Positions 28,363-38,734 of a stretch of 64,000 nucleotides of DNA are shown here, piece after piece. Numbering within the stretch: position 1 is the stretch's first letter; every line of letters begins with the position of its first letter. The DNA is from Candidatus Nomurabacteria bacterium (GTDB lineage Bacteria; Patescibacteriota; Minisyncoccia; Phycocordibacterales; UBA9973), in the NCBI GenBank assembly GCA_026396065.1, contig JAPLXO010000011.1:10748-74747 (forward strand). Reading direction: 5' to 3'. The position numbers and the translations under genes were made by a program. The notes beneath the pieces are model-generated. The model saw only the letters and a list, made by a program, of their open reading frames with translations. It was not told the origin of the DNA and ran no database searches.

Positions 28363-31300
28363 ATGCAAACATTAATTAGGCATCTGTCTAGTATTTTGTT
28401 CAAAAAGCCAAATTGGCATTTTTCTTCTAAAAATTTTATATTGAAAATTAAAAAATCACTATGCATCACAGTGATTTTTTCTTTTATATTCACTCCGACT
28501 TTTTCTATTTTTGCACAAGAAATAAAAGAAATTCCAAAAATAGCTGAAGTCGCTGTAAAAGAGACAACAATTTCAAGGGAAGCATCAAGAATTTTTCCAG
28601 ATAAAGAAAACACTGATTTAATAAAACCAATTACAAATACAATTATTTCTGTTGCAGAAGATATAAAAACAGACCCTGCATTAGAAAAGTTACCACCAGA
28701 GCAAACAGCGGTCGATTCAAATTCTGATTCAAATACAGATGAAAATAGTTCACAAAATAAAACACTCGCTCCAATTCTTCCTGGTGCAATTCCAGAAAAA
28801 CCACAAGATCAAAAGAAAGATGCTATTCCACAAATGAATTCTAATACTGGTGCTTTGAGTTATTCTTATTCAATTAATTTACCAAAAGGAACTGGCGGAT
28901 ATACACCAACACTTTCTTTAAATTACAACTCACAGAATGATGATAATTTTGGAAATCTTGGTCATGGTTGGGAATTGTCTATTCCAAATATTTCACGAAA
29001 AAATACACATGGAACCCAAGAACTTTATAATAGGAAAGACTTCAATTCTTCATTGGATGGAAATTTAGTAAAAGTTGATATCCAAGGGAATTTAGAAAAA
29101 TATTTACCTGAATCACTTTCTACTGCTTATAATACTTATATTTTAGATACCTCTACAAACATTTGGACCCTTACAACAAAAGATGGACAAATTTTTATTT
29201 TTGGTGCCAATACCGATAGCCGTCAAGATGATCCAAATAATCTCGCACATATTTATAAATGGATGCTTTCGTCTCAAATGGATAATAATTCAAATACAAT
29301 CACTTATACATACACAAAAAACCAAAATGCTATTTACCCACTAAACATTCATTATGCTATTTTTGACATAAATTTTTTAACAGAATCTCGTAATGATGAT
29401 TTACAACAAAAAACAACTAGCTTTTCAGTAACGAATGCATTTAGAATTAAAAATATTCAAATTTTTGAAAATTCAATTTTGAGAAATGACTATTCCTTAG
29501 AATATATTTATAGTCCTACAAATAATAAATCGCTATTACATGGTATAAAAATAAATAATACCAATGAAACAAGCTTTGATTATCAAAATACAATAACTGG
29601 TTGGACTTACGATACACATTTATCAAATGTTTTTCCTATTCCTTTTTTAAATCCTAATAACTCTCAGCCGTATGGAATGCGAGTAGCTGATATAAATGGC
29701 GATGGACTGCTCGATGTACTTTGTAGTAATTACAATTTACCTTCAAGCGGTTGTTATAACAATACATCAAAAATTTTTTTGAATACTGGAGATGGTTGGC
29801 AAGATGTAAGTAGTACTTGGACTTTTCCAATAAAACATGATTCTGCTATTAATGGCGGTACAGAATTAGAAAGATTTGCAGACAGTTCTTATGGCTCTAA
29901 TTCTAGCTATAGTACAGGGTTACAACTTATGGATATAAATGGAGATGGTTTAAATGATTTAATTCGAGGAAATGGTCAATTAAATTATATTTATTTAAAT
30001 AATGGTTCTGGTTGGGTATACAATACACAACTATCAAATGCTTTTCCGATGAGTTTTTTTAATAATAACAATCAAGATTATGGTATGCGAGTAGCCGATA
30101 TAAATGGTGATGGACTACTCGATGTACTTTGTAGTAATGGTATTAATGGTTATGGTAGTGGTTGCGGACAAACCAATCCTAAAATTTTTTTGAATACTGG
30201 AGATGGTTGGCAAGATGTAAGTAGTACTTGGACTTTTCCATTAAATCAATACAATATTATATATAATAATTTTCCAGTAAATACTGAATCTTTTGTAGAT
30301 TATTATAATAATCCTACAGGTTTACAAATTTTAGATGTAAATGGAGACGGTTTAAATGATTTAATTCGTACTGGTAATCCATATAAATTTATTTATATAA
30401 ATAATGGTCATGGGTGGACATATGATGCTTATATATCAAACGTTTTTCCTTTGACCTTTTTAAGTGTTGCTAATAATCATTTTGATCAAGAATATGGTAT
30501 GCGAGTAGGTGATATAAATGGTGACGGGCTATCTGATATTCTTTGTCATAATACAATGACTTCTGGCGCCTTATGTAATGATACTAATCCAAAAATTTAT
30601 ATAAATAAAATTAGTTGGCAAGACGTAAGTAGTACTTGGACTTTTCCAATAAGTAATTATGATTTGATACATTCCTATGTTAGCGTAAAAGAAGCATTTG
30701 GTAGTAATTATGGAAATATTACAGGGTTACAACTTATGGATATAAATGGAGATGGTTTAAATGATTTAATTCGTAGTCGCTATGCTTTCAATGATGTTTA
30801 TTTAAATAATAATCAAACCAAAGTTAATGTTTTAACTAAAATTACATACCTAACAGGAGGAATTACAGATATTGCTTATAAATCTTCAACAAAATATTTA
30901 GATTCATCTGGTAATCTTTTAAATCCCAACTTACCTTATCCGGTTCAAGTTGTTCAAAATATAAAAAATACAGACCCAGTTCGTAATATTGCAAGTCGAC
31001 ATCAGTATGAATATTCTGGTGGAGATAAAAGATATGATGGAGCATTTGATCATAAATTTTCTGGTTTTGGAAAAGTAATAGATAAAGAAACTAATTTTGA
31101 CGGATCTACAGTATATTCACAAAAAAATATTTATTATCATCAAGGAAATGGCGATGATTTAGCTAGTGGTGAAGCTAGTGATGCTAAAGCAAAAATAGGT
31201 CAAGCATATCGTACTGATATTTTAGATAATTCTGGAAATATTTTAGATAGTTCATACTCTAATACTAGTATAGTGAATATTTATACAGAGACGGGTGCTG

Positions 31301-34300
31301 GGTGTAATTATCCAGAAGTTTGTGATAGCGTCGACATGGTAAAGAGAGACGATAATATCCATGAAGTTTTCAACCATACAACAGGTGAACAAAGTAGCTC
31401 TGCTCAAAGTTTTACTTATGATAGTAATGGAAATATGATTGAACAAATAGAATATGAAAATGTTTCAGTTGATTCTCTTTTCAATTTTACGAATATTGGT
31501 GAAACACGAAAAAATGAAATGACTTATGTGTGTGGCGCGCTGGCATATGCCAGCGCGCCTAGATGTGAAGTATCCTCTGAAACACTCAAAGATAATAATA
31601 ATCTTATAGTAAAAAACGCTCTCCATTACTATGACAATTTACCATTTGGACAAATATCTACTGGTAATGGTACAAAAGATCAAAATTTAAAAATTGGTTA
31701 TACATACTCAGAACACAATTTTACTTTTGATAATTACGGAAATCTTTTGAGTGATACAGACCCACTTGGAAATGTAACAAGTTATATCTATGATGTAAAT
31801 AATATTTTACCTATCACTGTGACAAACGCTCTGGGACAAAGTAAACATTTTAGTTATGATTTTACTTTTGATGTACCACTTACAATTATAGATGAAAATA
31901 ATTTTACTTCAGACTTTACATACGATATTTTTGGTAGAAATTTGACTAAATCAATAAACAGCATTCTTTTAGAATCTAATATTTATAATGATGTGCCAAA
32001 CAATACATCAATTATTAAAACTTTTTATCCCACCTCTAACTCCACAACTATTTCTATTTCGTATTTAGATGGGCTAGGCAGAAAAATTCAAAATAAAACC
32101 TTACGTGAAGATGGTCAGTATGATACGATAGATACGATTTATTCAGATAGGGGACTAACAGATTCAAATTCACTACCTTATATTTCGTTCAATTCTACAT
32201 TATCACCAGCCACGGTGACACAGGCATTACTCACAAATTCAAATTATGATGTCTTGGGACGAGTAATTTCTACTACAAATGCACTAGGAACTTCTACAAT
32301 GTCCTACGATTTAAATGAAATGACTACCACGGATGCAAATGGTAAACAAAAGAAAATTACCACAGATAATTTTGGCCGATTAATATCAGTTACTGAATAT
32401 TTATCTGGCATACCTTACACCACACATTATACTTATCGTGCAGATGATGTATTACTAAATATTACAGATGCACTAGGTAATGTACGTAATTTTATTTATG
32501 ATAATAAAGGCGAAAAAAATTTAGCCGAAGATTTACATAATCCTACAGACACAAACTTTGGTGTTTATAGATATGATTATGATTTAGCTGGAAATATTAC
32601 TAGATATACAAACCCTAGACATCAAATGATATATTATACTTACGACACTTTAAACCGTTTACTTACTGAAGATTCAAATTCTACTGCCACTACAGATATT
32701 TCTTACTATTATGATTCTTGCCAAAATGGAATTACAAAACTTTGTAATGTTATAAAAACAAATACCAATACAAGTTATAAATATGATAACTTTGGAAATA
32801 TTGTTACAGAAAATCAAATGATCAATACTATGGTTTTTGAAACAAACTACGCATATTATGCTTCTGGATTATTAAGAAAGATAACATATCCAGATTCTTC
32901 TATTTCAGAGGCAAATTATACTTCTATGGGACGACCAGACAATATCTTATTTCAAAGTGATATAACATCTACACCAAGTATGATAGCTAGAATTAGTAGC
33001 TATCATACTTCTGGAAAACCAGACTCAATAATTTATGGTAATGGAGTAATTACAGATTTTGTTTATGATTCTACTAAAATGTATTCTTTGCAAAATCAAA
33101 AAAGTACAGATTTAGCAGGAAATATTTTTGAAAATCGCACTTATTCTTATGATGCAGTTTTGAATCCTACAAACATTACTGATATTGGAAATAATATAAA
33201 TGCAGGAAGTTCTGTCTACACTTATGATGATTTATATAGACTAACAACTTCTGTATTTACACCATCTGCGGGTACACCTATTACTAATTCGTGGACTTAT
33301 AATATTCTAGGAAATATTTTAACTCATAATGCCAATGTGTATGCTTATACTGGTAATATTGGAACATTTTACGCAAATCCACATGCGGTGACGAGTATTG
33401 GGCATGATTATTTATCTTATGACAAGTCTGGAAATTTAGTTAATTATTTAAATAAAAATTTTAGTTACAATTATAAAAATGAAATGACAAGTTCAAACAC
33501 AGGCACAATTTCGAATTATCTTTACAACCAATTTGGTTCCAGGGTATTTTATCAAAATGGTACCCATACAATTTACACTCCAAATGATATTTATACCTTA
33601 GAAGGAGCAGATAAGATTAAACAAATTTCTCTTGGTTCATTTCATGTTGCTGATGTTAAAAATTCTCTTGTAAACGGAGGGTTTGGACATCAAGGTGCAA
33701 TTCCACAACATGTTGATACTTTAAATTTCTTCCACACTGATACACTCGGCTCCACTCGCTTCGTGACGGATGAAAATGGTATAATAGAGCAAAGCTTGGA
33801 TTACAATCCATTTGGAGATATTCGAGTAGACAATCATAGTACTTTTAATTCAAAAGAAAAATTTATCGGCGAGAGGTTTGACGATGACACAGGTTTGAAT
33901 TATCTTAATGCGAGATATTACAATTCCGCCAACGGTCAATTCGTCTCCGAAGATCCAATGTTCTGGTCTATGCCAAAAGAATACTTCACTGATCCACAAC
34001 AGTGGAATAGTTACAGCTACGCGAGAAATAATCCGATTTCTCTTAGTGATCCAAGCGGAAAGTTTTCAATTTCTGAATTAGGTAACCAAGCAAAAAGCAT
34101 CGGAAGCAAAATCGCCGATTCAGTAAAAAATTTGTTTGGAGGGAATAAGGCAACTCCTTCTATACCAAAATATCTTGAGGCACCGAAAAATAACCAAAGT
34201 AGTGTTGGACATATTAGAAGTACCTACCTTTCTGTTACGTTTACTAAAGGGGCTGATAACCTTGTAAATCCTAAAACAGTCAATGGCTATGATAAAATCT

Positions 34301-34614
34301 TTAAGGAATCGAGTAAACTTGGTGTAAATTCAGTTAATTTTTATGCAACAACGAATCACGCTTCTGATACTGGTGGTTTCTCTTGGCACGATTCTGGTTT
34401 AGCTGGTGATATTAATATGGTAAATGGAATTCATGTTTCTAAAGATAATTCCTATGCAAAGATTTTACAAGAAGTATCTAGCAATCTTTCTGAAGTTAGA
34501 GAAAACTTTGGACCCTTTATGATTACACATAGCGAAAAGACTTATACACCTGCACAGTATCTAAAATTAAGTGATGGTCACCAAGATCACATACATACTT
34601 CTTTTAATCAATAA
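28363..34614 (+). CDS. SpvB/FG-GAP/TcdB-mid/YD-repeat Rhs protein with C-terminal Zn-peptidase-like domain
   Basis: TGALSYSYSINLP..PTLSLNYNS..G.GW; six D(I/V)NGDGL.D repeats; YD repeats; Rhs core DTGLNYLNARYY...YSYARNNPISLSDPSG; tip with H-x6-D and HIH. Confidence 0.9.
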   Translation: MQTLIRHLSSILFKKPNWHFSSKNFILKIKKSLCITVIFSFIFTPTFSIFAQEIKEIPKIAEVAVKETTISREASRIFPDKENTDLIKPITNTIISVAEDIKTDPALEKLPPEQTAVDSNSDSNTDENSSQNKTLAPILPGAIPEKPQDQKKDAIPQMNSNTGALSYSYSINLPKGTGGYTPTLSLNYNSQNDDNFGNLGHGWELSIPNISRKNTHGTQELYNRKDFNSSLDGNLVKVDIQGNLEKYLPESLSTAYNTYILDTSTNIWTLTTKDGQIFIFGANTDSRQDDPNNLAHIYKWMLSSQMDNNSNTITYTYTKNQNAIYPLNIHYAIFDINFLTESRNDDLQQKTTSFSVTNAFRIKNIQIFENSILRNDYSLEYIYSPTNNKSLLHGIKINNTNETSFDYQNTITGWTYDTHLSNVFPIPFLNPNNSQPYGMRVADINGDGLLDVLCSNYNLPSSGCYNNTSKIFLNTGDGWQDVSSTWTFPIKHDSAINGGTELERFADSSYGSNSSYSTGLQLMDINGDGLNDLIRGNGQLNYIYLNNGSGWVYNTQLSNAFPMSFFNNNNQDYGMRVADINGDGLLDVLCSNGINGYGSGCGQTNPKIFLNTGDGWQDVSSTWTFPLNQYNIIYNNFPVNTESFVDYYNNPTGLQILDVNGDGLNDLIRTGNPYKFIYINNGHGWTYDAYISNVFPLTFLSVANNHFDQEYGMRVGDINGDGLSDILCHNTMTSGALCNDTNPKIYINKISWQDVSSTWTFPISNYDLIHSYVSVKEAFGSNYGNITGLQLMDINGDGLNDLIRSRYAFNDVYLNNNQTKVNVLTKITYLTGGITDIAYKSSTKYLDSSGNLLNPNLPYPVQVVQNIKNTDPVRNIASRHQYEYSGGDKRYDGAFDHKFSGFGKVIDKETNFDGSTVYSQKNIYYHQGNGDDLASGEASDAKAKIGQAYRTDILDNSGNILDSSYSNTSIVNIYTETGAGCNYPEVCDSVDMVKRDDNIHEVFNHTTGEQSSSAQSFTYDSNGNMIEQIEYENVSVDSLFNFTNIGETRKNEMTYVCGALAYASAPRCEVSSETLKDNNNLIVKNALHYYDNLPFGQISTGNGTKDQNLKIGYTYSEHNFTFDNYGNLLSDTDPLGNVTSYIYDVNNILPITVTNALGQSKHFSYDFTFDVPLTIIDENNFTSDFTYDIFGRNLTKSINSILLESNIYNDVPNNTSIIKTFYPTSNSTTISISYLDGLGRKIQNKTLREDGQYDTIDTIYSDRGLTDSNSLPYISFNSTLSPATVTQALLTNSNYDVLGRVISTTNALGTSTMSYDLNEMTTTDANGKQKKITTDNFGRLISVTEYLSGIPYTTHYTYRADDVLLNITDALGNVRNFIYDNKGEKNLAEDLHNPTDTNFGVYRYDYDLAGNITRYTNPRHQMIYYTYDTLNRLLTEDSNSTATTDISYYYDSCQNGITKLCNVIKTNTNTSYKYDNFGNIVTENQMINTMVFETNYAYYASGLLRKITYPDSSISEANYTSMGRPDNILFQSDITSTPSMIARISSYHTSGKPDSIIYGNGVITDFVYDSTKMYSLQNQKSTDLAGNIFENRTYSYDAVLNPTNITDIGNNINAGSSVYTYDDLYRLTTSVFTPSAGTPITNSWTYNILGNILTHNANVYAYTGNIGTFYANPHAVTSIGHDYLSYDKSGNLVNYLNKNFSYNYKNEMTSSNTGTISNYLYNQFGSRVFYQNGTHTIYTPNDIYTLEGADKIKQISLGSFHVADVKNSLVNGGFGHQGAIPQHVDTLNFFHTDTLGSTRFVTDENGIIEQSLDYNPFGDIRVDNHSTFNSKEKFIGERFDDDTGLNYLNARYYNSANGQFVSEDPMFWSMPKEYFTDPQQWNSYSYARNNPISLSDPSGKFSISELGNQAKSIGSKIADSVKNLFGGNKATPSIPKYLEAPKNNQSSVGHIRSTYLSVTFTKGADNLVNPKTVNGYDKIFKESSKLGVNSVNFYATTNHASDTGGFSWHDSGLAGDINMVNGIHVSKDNSYAKILQEVSSNLSEVRENFGPFMITHSEKTYTPAQYLKLSDGHQDHIHTSFNQ
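29599..30810 (+). repeat. Three tandem ~410 bp intragenic FG-GAP/VCBS units
   Basis: 60 bp identical at 29770-29829 and 30181-30240; acagggttacaacttatggatataaatggagatggtttaaatgatttaattcg at 29914 and 30721. Confidence 0.85.
31534..31559. repeat. Perfect 26 bp GC-rich palindrome inside Rhs coding sequence
   Basis: ggcgcgctggcatatgccagcgcgcc equals its own reverse complement. Confidence 0.85.
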
Positions 34615-34616
34615 CA

Positions 34617-35063
34617 ATGAAAGACAATATAAATAAAATAAATATAGTGGAAAAGATTTGTATTTTGGTACTTTTTATTTTAATTTTCTATTTTATAAAT
34701 ATTTATTTTTTTAAAAAACCTAAAATTACCTTGGGAACTTTCACTGAAATCCCCAAAGATTTAATGGACTCAGGATGTACTTTCTACTGGAATCAAAGTG
34801 ACTTGGATAAAAAAGAAATAGCATTAATTGACACGTTCGGTTCTGGTGCTTTAATAGTTATTAACGGTAATTCTGAAAAATTAAAAGAGGTTCGTAATGG
34901 GGATCTTCTAAATTTTTCAAATGATAAATTTGAGGTAAAAATAAATATTATTAAAAGTACCTTAAATAATAACGAAGGTACTTACGAAGAAGGTATTTTA
35001 ACTGTTATTGGCAAAGATGGTGAAAGTACTTCAAAAAATGTTTTGGGTTATTGTGGATCATGA
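34617..35063 (+). CDS. Putative immunity protein (single TM anchor plus small extracellular domain)
   Basis: Starts 2 nt after Rhs stop; N-terminal TM; two Cys. Confidence 0.6.
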   Translation: MKDNINKINIVEKICILVLFILIFYFINIYFFKKPKITLGTFTEIPKDLMDSGCTFYWNQSDLDKKEIALIDTFGSGALIVINGNSEKLKEVRNGDLLNFSNDKFEVKINIIKSTLNNNEGTYEEGILTVIGKDGESTSKNVLGYCGS

Positions 35064-35131
35064 TAATACATTGCTTTTATTACGAATAGTTGTATCATTA
35101 AAGTATTATTATTATTAAATACACTTTATAT

Positions 35132-35377
35132 ATGAAAAAATTAGTTATCTCGTCTTTTTTAGTTTTATCTTTGTTTGGTTTCATGGCTATTAGCTTAAAT
35201 ACAGCTGACGCTTCTGTCCGTGTACGTGGTTATACTACAAAACGTGGTACATATGTTGCTCCTTCATATCGTTCAAATCCAGATAGTTCTAGATATAATA
35301 ACTATTCAACAAAAGGCAATTACAATCCTTATACTGGTAAAAAAGGTTACACAGACCCTTACAAATATAATTGGTAA
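35132..35377 (+). CDS. Small secreted basic protein
   Basis: Signal peptide then VRGYTTKRGTYVAPSYRS...NYSTKGNYNPYTGKKG, a motif I recognise from mobile-element-associated small proteins. Confidence 0.75.
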   Translation: MKKLVISSFLVLSLFGFMAISLNTADASVRVRGYTTKRGTYVAPSYRSNPDSSRYNNYSTKGNYNPYTGKKGYTDPYKYNW

Positions 35378-35382
35378 AAATT

Positions 35383-35757
35383 ATGGACAAAATAAATAAA
35401 TTATCTTTGCCCGCATCGATTTTAATAGCTAGTATTGTATTTGGTGGTTTTTATTACTTTAGCCAACTTAATAAACAAAAATCTATAGAACGAATGCAGG
35501 AAACTGCATTAGCCCAAGAAAAAAAATCAGAAAATAGTAGTGTTGAAAAACAAATTCAAGATGAATATAGAAAAGAATGTGAGGCATCACAAAATAAAAC
35601 AATAGAACAGCTAAATGATTTTTTAGATACTTGTTCAAAGTACAACTCAGAAAGTTATTGTTTAAACTCTGAAGCTGGTAAATTGTATCAAGGGGAACTA
35701 ACTCCAGAATCTATTCAAGCGTGTATTAACAATAAAAAGCTTAAGTATTCTCAATAG
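35383..35757 (+). CDS. Hypothetical single-TM protein
   Basis: LSLPASILIASIVFGGFYY anchor, four Cys in soluble part. Confidence 0.65.
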   Translation: MDKINKLSLPASILIASIVFGGFYYFSQLNKQKSIERMQETALAQEKKSENSSVEKQIQDEYRKECEASQNKTIEQLNDFLDTCSKYNSESYCLNSEAGKLYQGELTPESIQACINNKKLKYSQ

Positions 35758-35796
35758 GTTAAGTTGTGGAAATACTTTTAATAGAATTATATTAAT

Positions 35797-36030
35797 ATGG
35801 ATAATCTCAACTTTGGTAAACCACTACAAGATCATTCTCAAGAAGAATTGTTCTTTTTAATGAATAATAGTAGTTCAGAATTTGGTCTTCAAGCCCAATA
35901 CGAGCTTATGCGTAAATTATCGCTAGAAGATTCAAGGTCATCTAAGAGGTTCGGAAGATGGTCTCTTTTTATAGCCACCATTTCAATTTTTATTTCTATA
36001 ACTCTTAGCATTATTCAAATTTACCACTGA
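35797..36030 (+). CDS. Hypothetical protein with C-terminal TM
   Basis: 77 aa ORF co-oriented in island. Confidence 0.5.
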   Translation: MDNLNFGKPLQDHSQEELFFLMNNSSSEFGLQAQYELMRKLSLEDSRSSKRFGRWSLFIATISIFISITLSIIQIYH

Positions 36031-36108
36031 ACTTTTCACTTGAACTCACAAGAGTGGAGTGATTTTAAACTTTACCCAACTAAAGTTTAATTGTTTAAAA
36101 TTCTAAAC

Positions 36109-36564
36109 TTAAAAATTCAAAAATTTAGGGTAGTTTTTGGAGATTGAGAGGAGGGAATTGGACTTGAAGTTGGAGAGGATTTGGGGTGGGAGAAGTTTTA
36201 TGTCATCGTGGAGATTTATCCAGCGGATTTCGGAAAGTTCGTGGCTGTGCGTACCTTTTAATTTTTTAATATCTAGATAATCTCGTGAATTTGTAATTTC
36301 GAAAAAGAATTCGATGGATTGCTTGGTTTCTTTTTCGATAAAATTATGAATATAAAGGAGCCTGCCAATTTGTGGCTCGATGCCAAATTCTTCAAAAATT
36401 TCTCTTTTCATCGCATCTTCGATATTTTCACCCCATTCCATATGCCCACCCGGCAAAGCATAAAAATCTAAACCGTGATTGTGCTTCACCACCAAAAGTT
36501 TACCTTCGTGTACTATCACAGCCCTGCACCGTACCGCAAATTTTTTTTCTTCTGTATTTTTCAT
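36109..36564 (-). CDS. NUDIX hydrolase
   Basis: LPGGHMEWGENIEDAMKREIFEEFG Nudix box; start set at ATG 36564, 6 nt after TG-TATAAT. Confidence 0.92.
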   Translation of the reverse strand: MKNTEEKKFAVRCRAVIVHEGKLLVVKHNHGLDFYALPGGHMEWGENIEDAMKREIFEEFGIEPQIGRLLYIHNFIEKETKQSIEFFFEITNSRDYLDIKKLKGTHSHELSEIRWINLHDDIKLLPPQILSNFKSNSLLSISKNYPKFLNF

Positions 36565-36602
36565 ATTTAGATTATAGCATTTCATGTTATAATAAAACCA
36601 TT

Positions 36603-37505
36603 ATGCACTGGCTTTTAATTGCAATATGGGCGCCGTTACTTTGGGCATTATCGAATCATATCGATAAATATTTGATTACGCGTTTTGGAGAAGGCATTGG
36701 CATACGAGGGTTGATTACTTTTTCTGCACTCATGTCTGGGCTTATCATTATTATTTCATATGTTGTCGATCCGAATGTTTTTTCTATTCTTTCAGCTGAT
36801 CGATTTATTTTAATGATTTCGGGAGTTTTATATACACTGGCAATTTTGCTATATCTCTATGCGCTTTCGCATGATGAAGCTTCCGTAGTGACGCCTACAT
36901 TTCAGCTAATTCCTGTATTTGCATTTTTCCTCGGTTTTATTTTCTTAAATGAAATGATGACAGGCAGGCAAATGCTAGGTGGGCTAGTGGTAATCCTGGG
37001 AGCGATAATAATTTCGACAAATTTTACTACTTTCAAATTTCGTAAAAAAGTTTTTTGGTTGATGATTTCTTCATCTCTGGCTTTTGCTATTTATAATATT
37101 TTATTTAAAGTCGGAGCAGGTGAGACTTTTTGGACTGCAATTTTTTGGCAATCAATAGGTACTTTTATTTCAGGAATTTTTATGTTCTGCTTGCCTAGCT
37201 TCCGCAGAGACTTTCTATCAATCTTTAAAAAAGATTCCGTCGCAATCGTAGGCTTCTCGTCACTCGTCGAGATTACCACTGTGGCAGGGAATATGCTCAT
37301 CTCAAAGGCTGTGATATTGGCCCCTGTGGTGGCTATGGTGCTGATGGTGGAGTCTTTTCAACCAATATTCGTATTTGTGTTAGGAATCATAATAACAGTC
37401 TTTATACCAGTATTTGGTAAAGAAGATTTGAGTCGTAAAATGATCATCCAAAAAATCTGCGCTATCGCCATAATCCTCGCCGGTAGCTTTTTGTTATATT
37501 TTTAA
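36603..37505 (+). CDS. EamA/DMT-family transporter
   Basis: About 10 TM, two EamA halves, NHIDKYL, LGFIFLNE; start at ATG 36603. Confidence 0.85.
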   Translation: MHWLLIAIWAPLLWALSNHIDKYLITRFGEGIGIRGLITFSALMSGLIIIISYVVDPNVFSILSADRFILMISGVLYTLAILLYLYALSHDEASVVTPTFQLIPVFAFFLGFIFLNEMMTGRQMLGGLVVILGAIIISTNFTTFKFRKKVFWLMISSSLAFAIYNILFKVGAGETFWTAIFWQSIGTFISGIFMFCLPSFRRDFLSIFKKDSVAIVGFSSLVEITTVAGNMLISKAVILAPVVAMVLMVESFQPIFVFVLGIIITVFIPVFGKEDLSRKMIIQKICAIAIILAGSFLLYF

Positions 37506-37528
37506 TGTTTTTATGCTAAAATATCCCT

Positions 37529-37918
37529 ATGCCTGAAGATATAAAAAAACCATACAATATATTTTTATACACATTACTCACTAGTTGCGCTGTCGTAATT
37601 ATAATTTCTTTTTACAGCTTTTTCTTTCAAAAAAATTACGATTTTATTGTAGAAACAAAATGTGACAATACTATGGAGACTTGTTTTTATCGTGATTGTT
37701 CTGTGGAAGGCGACTGCCCGCCAAATAATCTTTCTTATTACAAAGTGTACACACTAAAAGCTAGAGATTTTTCAAAATGTACGAATGAAGATTGTACCGA
37801 TTTTTGTAATCAAAATAACGGAATCTGTATACAAACAGAATGCACTGATTCTGATATAACAGATGGCACTTGTGTCGTGTCTACACCTATGAGTGACGTT
37901 CCTAATACTACAAACTAA
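37529..37918 (+). CDS. Membrane-anchored Cys-rich hypothetical protein
   Basis: N-terminal TM, ten Cys in the soluble part. Confidence 0.7.
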   Translation: MPEDIKKPYNIFLYTLLTSCAVVIIISFYSFFFQKNYDFIVETKCDNTMETCFYRDCSVEGDCPPNNLSYYKVYTLKARDFSKCTNEDCTDFCNQNNGICIQTECTDSDITDGTCVVSTPMSDVPNTTN

Positions 37919-37919
37919 A

Positions 37920-38732
37920 ATGACAATTTCAATCGGGGATTACAATACAATAATGGATGATAGAAATATTTTTAATCAGATTGTGTATACACCACTTTCC
38001 GAAGCTCTTCGTTTACTCGAAGAACGACAAAAAGATCCCGTTCTTATGGCAAAAGTAAACGAATTATTGAAAGGAGATATTCCAGAGGTTTTGAAAAATA
38101 AAAAATGTGGAGTTTTGTGTAGACAAATTGCAACTCCAAATAATGAAACAAGAATGTTTCTATCTATAGCTAAAGACAATAACTTTTCTCCTGTGTTATT
38201 AGAATTCCAAGATGACAAATTTACTTCTAACAACAAGTATAAACATTCTTTAGGGAAACTTTTTATAAAAAATGACGATAACCTAGGATTAGATTCTTTT
38301 ATAGATGAAATAAATATAATAGATTTTACTAAACATGATGGAAAAAAATTACGTGACATAGTAACATTATGGGAGGAACCTTTAGTTGATTTTCATAGAA
38401 GATTATTTGTTTTGCATGATTATAATACTACTGACTTTGATTTTCACGATGTTTCTTTATGGTTAAAAAATAATGGAGATACTGCTTTAAATTATTACAC
38501 TAATTTACTTACTTTATTCACTTGTTATGGAATTTTGTTTGAAAATTTTTTAATATCTAAAGATTCTGAAGGTGATTTTACAGAAAAAATAGTATTACCA
38601 GCAATTGAAAAAGTAATTAATCTAACAGGAGTAAAACCATTAATAGTTCCAATAGAACCCATGGATTTAGAAACAGAAAATTTTTGGCTACATCATTTAT
38701 CAAAAGTAAAAACCTTAATTCCTAAAAAATAA
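37920..38732 (+). CDS. Hypothetical cytoplasmic protein
   Basis: Long ORF tightly packed between 37529 gene and histidine kinase; alternative start 37953. Confidence 0.75.
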   Translation: MTISIGDYNTIMDDRNIFNQIVYTPLSEALRLLEERQKDPVLMAKVNELLKGDIPEVLKNKKCGVLCRQIATPNNETRMFLSIAKDNNFSPVLLEFQDDKFTSNNKYKHSLGKLFIKNDDNLGLDSFIDEINIIDFTKHDGKKLRDIVTLWEEPLVDFHRRLFVLHDYNTTDFDFHDVSLWLKNNGDTALNYYTNLLTLFTCYGILFENFLISKDSEGDFTEKIVLPAIEKVINLTGVKPLIVPIEPMDLETENFWLHHLSKVKTLIPKK

Positions 38733-38734
38733 CT

